NCBI GenBank assembly: GCA_043826135.1
Contig: JBDRQT010000059.1
Location: 31,359 to 95,358, forward strand
From: an archaeon
GTDB lineage: Archaea; Nanobdellota; Nanobdellia; Woesearchaeales; GW2011-AR15
Length of the DNA: 64,000 bases
Direction: 5' to 3'
How positions within the stretch are numbered: position 1 is the stretch's first letter; the number at the start of each line of letters is the position of its first letter. The translations under genes and the position numbers were made by a program. Under the pieces are notes generated by a model. It was not told the origin of the DNA. It did no database searches and was given only the letters and a program-made list of their open reading frames with translations. This document shows, one piece after another, positions 60,635 to 64,000 of this stretch.

Positions 60635-61627
60635 TCATTCCGAGAAATTATACCTGGGATAAGTGCCTGGCTCCATTATTACTTTCTGCGTCTTTGCTGC
60701 AAGGCCTTTTTCTCCCATCATATCTTTTGAGCCCATCACGGATTCAGAATAACAGATAAGCTCTCCTTTCAAAGAAAACACAGCAACGAGGTCTCCCTTG
60801 CTGATCCCTGTTTCAAGTTTTGATATGCCCGGGACAGCGAGAGACGCACCATGGCACAGAGTATCTACCGACGTATCCATCACCCAGATTTTACCTAGAT
60901 GTGCTACTGCGTTTTCAACTGGCTGAACCATCGTTCTTATGAATTTTTCCTTTCCTTCTTTCTTGAAATAATAATACGCATCATGGACATCCTGCAATGA
61001 ATATAATGTTGATTCATTAAACGATGCAGCTTTTGTCCTTCTCAGTTCAGCCATGTGGGCGCCGCATTTAAGTTCCTGGCCGATATCATGCACAAGTTTC
61101 CTGATATATGTGCCGGCCTGGCATCCGACTTTAAAGAGAACATCCTGGCCGCTTATCTCAAGCACATCAACATAATAAATTGTCCTTTCCCTAAGCTGCC
61201 TTTTGACAGAGCTTTTGACAGGCGGCAGCTGTTTTATTGTGCCTGTAAATTTTTCAAATGCCTTATACAAAGTATAATCTTCTATTTTCTTATGGATATG
61301 CATAACGCATACGTATTCTTTTCCTGCAGTCAATAATGTCTGCACAATTTTTGTTGCCTTATTGATTGCTATAGGTAGTACTCCTGTAACATTAGGATCA
61401 AGTGTACCTGCATGCCCGCTCTTTGCGACCTCAAGAATACTTTGAAGATATGCTGAAACCTGATGGCTTGTTGGCCCTGCAGGCTTGTCTATATTAATAA
61501 TTCCAAGATTAATATGCTCTTCTACTGTTCTTTTTTCCGGGCTTTTTCCGAACTTTTCACTTGTTTCAGCAATCTTTCTGACAAGAACTGATCTTTTTTT
61601 CTGTTCAAAGGGAAGGAGTCCATCCAT
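60635..61627 (-). CDS. cbf5: H/ACA RNP pseudouridine synthase Cbf5 (TruB family with PUA domain)
   Basis: GIINIDKPAGPTSHQV, GHAGTLDPNVTGVLPI (catalytic Asp), C-terminal PUA (GDLVAVFSLKGELI). Confidence 0.9.
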   Translation of the reverse strand: MDGLLPFEQKKRSVLVRKIAETSEKFGKSPEKRTVEEHINLGIINIDKPAGPTSHQVSAYLQSILEVAKSGHAGTLDPNVTGVLPIAINKATKIVQTLLTAGKEYVCVMHIHKKIEDYTLYKAFEKFTGTIKQLPPVKSSVKRQLRERTIYYVDVLEISGQDVLFKVGCQAGTYIRKLVHDIGQELKCGAHMAELRRTKAASFNESTLYSLQDVHDAYYYFKKEGKEKFIRTMVQPVENAVAHLGKIWVMDTSVDTLCHGASLAVPGISKLETGISKGDLVAVFSLKGELICYSESVMGSKDMMGEKGLAAKTQKVIMEPGTYPRYNFSE

Positions 61628-61660
61628 ACGGTTCTTGAATAAGATGAAGTTATATAAATC

Positions 61661-61948
61661 TTACCGCTTTTTTGTTTTGTTTAAGCCTCTCTTATAAACA
61701 AGGATACATAACAAAACAAAACTCACAGAAAGCAATGAGACTATCAAATTGTGCCTTGTGAGCCCACCTGTCATTCTTGCCATGAATTGGTTATATCCTA
61801 AAAATAATCCAACAACTGTACTGATAAGGATGCTTAGCAGAACAGTGGAAATAAATTGTTCAAGAAAACTCCTCGTCGGATACAAAATTCTGGCAAGGAT
61901 CAATCCGGGAATGACAAACAGCAGCAATATACCAAATATATCTATCAT
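61661..61948 (-). CDS. small membrane protein
   Basis: 95 aa, 3 TM helices; 4-nt overlap with the upstream gene. Confidence 0.4.
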   Translation of the reverse strand: MIDIFGILLLFVIPGLILARILYPTRSFLEQFISTVLLSILISTVVGLFLGYNQFMARMTGGLTRHNLIVSLLSVSFVLLCILVYKRGLNKTKKR

Positions 61949-63270
61949 TGTTTCTCAAAAGATTCAAACATGAACCTTATAAACCTCCTGTATAGATTTT
62001 GATTAAGGATGAATGTCAGTATATAATAAACTGCTGTTCCAAATACTACCAGAAAAATAAATGACAAAATCCCATTTGCCGCAAAAAGTTCCTTTATCAG
62101 AGCAACTGATATCGCGGAGATTCCTCCTGAAAGGACAATGTAAAAGTAATCTCTGGAAGTAATTGAAATATCCTGCTTGAATTTTTTTTCGATCACCATC
62201 TGATACAAAAAAAAGCTTACCAGGTAAGAGATGAAAATTGCGACTGCGATTCCATGCACTCCAACTAAACTTACAGCAATTATGGAGCAAAGCATAAGCG
62301 CTATTAATTCAAGTAGTCCAATTTTTTCTGATATTCTTGATTTTACTATCAGCCTGTAGACCCCAAATATTCCTTTAATAATGCCTGCAAGGATAAGAAC
62401 GATCAATGTGTCCGCCATATATGGCCATCCAATAAATAAGGAAAAATCATAGGACATTGGTATTAATACTGAGGACAATACAACAATTAGGCTGACATAA
62501 CCAATGATATGGATCACATCAACCCTCAGTTCGTCTCCTTTAACATCTTTAAAATAATCTTTGAATTTACTCACAGCAACCATGGTTACATTTCTATAAA
62601 AGAACAATCCGATATAAACTGAAAGAAACAGATAAGAATATGCCTCCACACTAAGCAATGCAGTGATCAGCATCAGAACAGATAGTGAGTTCTCGCTGAG
62701 TTGCAGGCGCAAATTATTCCTGAATTCGGATAAATATTGAGAAAATCGGAGTCTGCCAAATTTTGGCTTAGCACCTTTGAGTAAAAAAAATAGGGCTGAG
62801 ATTTCAATTATGGCATAAGATGCAGGTATGAGCCAAGAATCCTTGAAAGTAACAAGCCCAAGAACCAAAGCAATTGCACCTATCAATTGTCCTACAAATG
62901 CCGCCTTATATGCTTTTACCTCATCTGCAAGCTTATATTTTATTTCGATAAGGTTTCTAAAGGAGCTTGCAACTGATACAAGTATTGCTATCCTTAGAAA
63001 GATTGCCATGCTTGGGTAAAGGAAAGACAAACCAAACAAGATTATTGCAACCGATATTCCGGATATCACTACATATCCTGCATCCATACTCTTTGAAAGG
63101 GTTAGTACCAAAAGCAGATATGTTAAAGTAACCACTACCATGCCTTTTCCAAATACAACTGGAGATAATTTGCTTGCTAAATATATAATTACGCAAAGCT
63201 CCACAACACTCTTAGCAAACAGAAATTTATATTGAGAAAAAAAAGACTGAAGTATAATGTCTTTTTTCAT
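61945..63270 (-). CDS. MOP/Wzx-like polytopic membrane protein
   Basis: 441 aa, about 12-14 TM helices, no soluble domain. Confidence 0.45.
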   Translation of the reverse strand: MKKDIILQSFFSQYKFLFAKSVVELCVIIYLASKLSPVVFGKGMVVVTLTYLLLVLTLSKSMDAGYVVISGISVAIILFGLSFLYPSMAIFLRIAILVSVASSFRNLIEIKYKLADEVKAYKAAFVGQLIGAIALVLGLVTFKDSWLIPASYAIIEISALFFLLKGAKPKFGRLRFSQYLSEFRNNLRLQLSENSLSVLMLITALLSVEAYSYLFLSVYIGLFFYRNVTMVAVSKFKDYFKDVKGDELRVDVIHIIGYVSLIVVLSSVLIPMSYDFSLFIGWPYMADTLIVLILAGIIKGIFGVYRLIVKSRISEKIGLLELIALMLCSIIAVSLVGVHGIAVAIFISYLVSFFLYQMVIEKKFKQDISITSRDYFYIVLSGGISAISVALIKELFAANGILSFIFLVVFGTAVYYILTFILNQNLYRRFIRFMFESFEKQ

Positions 63271-63356
63271 ATTGTGATTAATATGAGGCTACGATATATA
63301 TAATTTTTGCCCTCTTAAGCGGCTTTGCCCGAATAGTGGCTTAAAAACCTGACTTA

Positions 63357-63421
63357 TCGGACACCTCAATTACTTTTCGGACAGATTAAGGACTATTCGG
63401 ACAGAAAGCACTTATCGGACA
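63357..63421 (+). promoter_or_regulatory. four phased direct repeats of TCGGACA (core T-W-TCGGACA) between divergent promoters
   Basis: TCGGACA at 63357, 63377, 63397 and 63415 (spacing 20, 20, 18 nt); flanked by direct copies of CCTCTTAAGC at 63311..63320 and 63426..63435. Confidence 0.6.
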
Positions 63422-63441
63422 AAGACCTCTTAAGCCAAACC

Positions 63442-63450
63442 TTTAAATAT
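63442..63450 (+). promoter_or_regulatory. TATA-box-like element for the DUF1385 gene
   Basis: TTTAAATAT centred about 26 nt upstream of ATG 63472, implying a leaderless or very short-leader mRNA. Confidence 0.4.
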
Positions 63451-63471
63451 CATTTATGTTATATGAGTAAG

Positions 63472-64000
63472 ATGGATTCTAAAATAACTATCGGCGGCCA
63501 GGCAGTAATTGAGGGAGTGATGATGCGTTCCCAGAACAAATATGCCGTCTGTGTCAGAAACCCAAAAAAGAAAATTTCAACAAAAATAATTTCTGTTAAT
63601 AAGAAACACAGTTGGTTTTCCCAGCTGCCCATTGTAAGAGGATGTTTCAGATTTGCTGAGAGTATGATAATTGGAATTCAAAGTCTTGAGTGGAGCGCCA
63701 CAGAAAGCCAGGGAGAAGAGGAAGGTTCGATAAAGCCACTTGAGCTGTTTACTATGTTTGCGGCTTCTATAGGTATAACTATAGTGCTTTTTTATATGAT
63801 ACCCTTGTTTTTGACAAGGATCTTAACTGATAAATCAGGGATAGTATTCAATTTGATTGACGGTGCACTCAGAATATTAATATTTATTTTGTATTTGCTG
63901 TTGATATCTCTTTTTCCTGATATCAAAAGAGTTTTCCAGTACCATGGGGCTGAACATAAGACTGTAAGCTGCTTTGAGAGCAAGCAAAAATTAACTGTAG
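63472..64000 (+). CDS. DUF1385-family membrane protein (partial; runs off the window)
   Basis: MDSKITIGGQAVIEGVMMRS...FQYHGAEHKT; GGQAVIEGVMMR and HGAEHK are the hallmark DUF1385 motifs; open to the window end. Confidence 0.75.
   Translation, partial: MDSKITIGGQAVIEGVMMRSQNKYAVCVRNPKKKISTKIISVNKKHSWFSQLPIVRGCFRFAESMIIGIQSLEWSATESQGEEEGSIKPLELFTMFAASIGITIVLFYMIPLFLTRILTDKSGIVFNLIDGALRILIFILYLLLISLFPDIKRVFQYHGAEHKTVSCFESKQKLTV

Noticed and set aside
63357-63421. Possible mini-CRISPR array
   Set aside because: The repeats are only 7-10 nt with 8-11-nt 'spacers', there is no cas gene in the window and there are only four units. This is inconsistent with CRISPR and is better read as a protein-binding array.

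Overview
AT-rich, gene-dense archaeal chromosomal segment. Archaeal origin is supported by a thermosome, Cbf5, ribosomal proteins S8e and L30e, SecE-Spt5, L30e-NusA-S12-S7, and an intron-containing tRNA-Tyr with a C1:G72 pair. Many neighbouring genes overlap by 1-38 nt, and GGTGA-type Shine-Dalgarno motifs let several ORF-track starts be corrected. Contents in order: (1) a nine-gene, translationally coupled cell-surface polysaccharide operon on the minus strand (3966-13139), with a convergent DegT aminotransferase. (2) Two large secreted or membrane proteins, one a 1338-aa cysteine-rich modular surface protein with internal DNA repeats (13680-19687). (3) A TPM / zinc-ribbon / LemA trio, a REC-like protein, a NUDIX hydrolase and an HEXXH protein. 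(4) glyA divergent from a complete colinear de novo pyrimidine operon (carA-carB-pyrB-pyrI-pyrD-pyrK-pyrC-pyrE-[LOG-like]-pyrF), followed by upp, apt and an aldo-keto reductase (25123-37983). (5) The thermosome, tRNA-Tyr (55-nt intron) and several micro-ORFs. (6) S8e, two compositionally atypical unknown genes, a Dph6-like PP-loop ATPase coupled to a stand-alone glutamine amidotransferase, peroxiredoxin, ferritin and an agmatinase-family enzyme. (7) secE-spt5, a tandem-HTH Lrp, L30e-NusA-S12-S7, an SPFH protein, an HD hydrolase, a beta-propeller lipoprotein, Cbf5, a MOP-like membrane protein and a partial DUF1385 gene. I found no rRNA, CRISPR array, transposase or integrase. All functional calls come from motif recognition by eye, with no database search, so family assignments for non-housekeeping genes are provisional. 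The most interesting candidates are the Pel/GAG-like polysaccharide operon, the orphan gene pair 44355-46277, the Dph6-GATase coupling, the LOG-like gene inside the pyr operon, a GC-rich structured intergenic island (about 56860-56975) and a phased TCGGACA repeat array (63357-63421).
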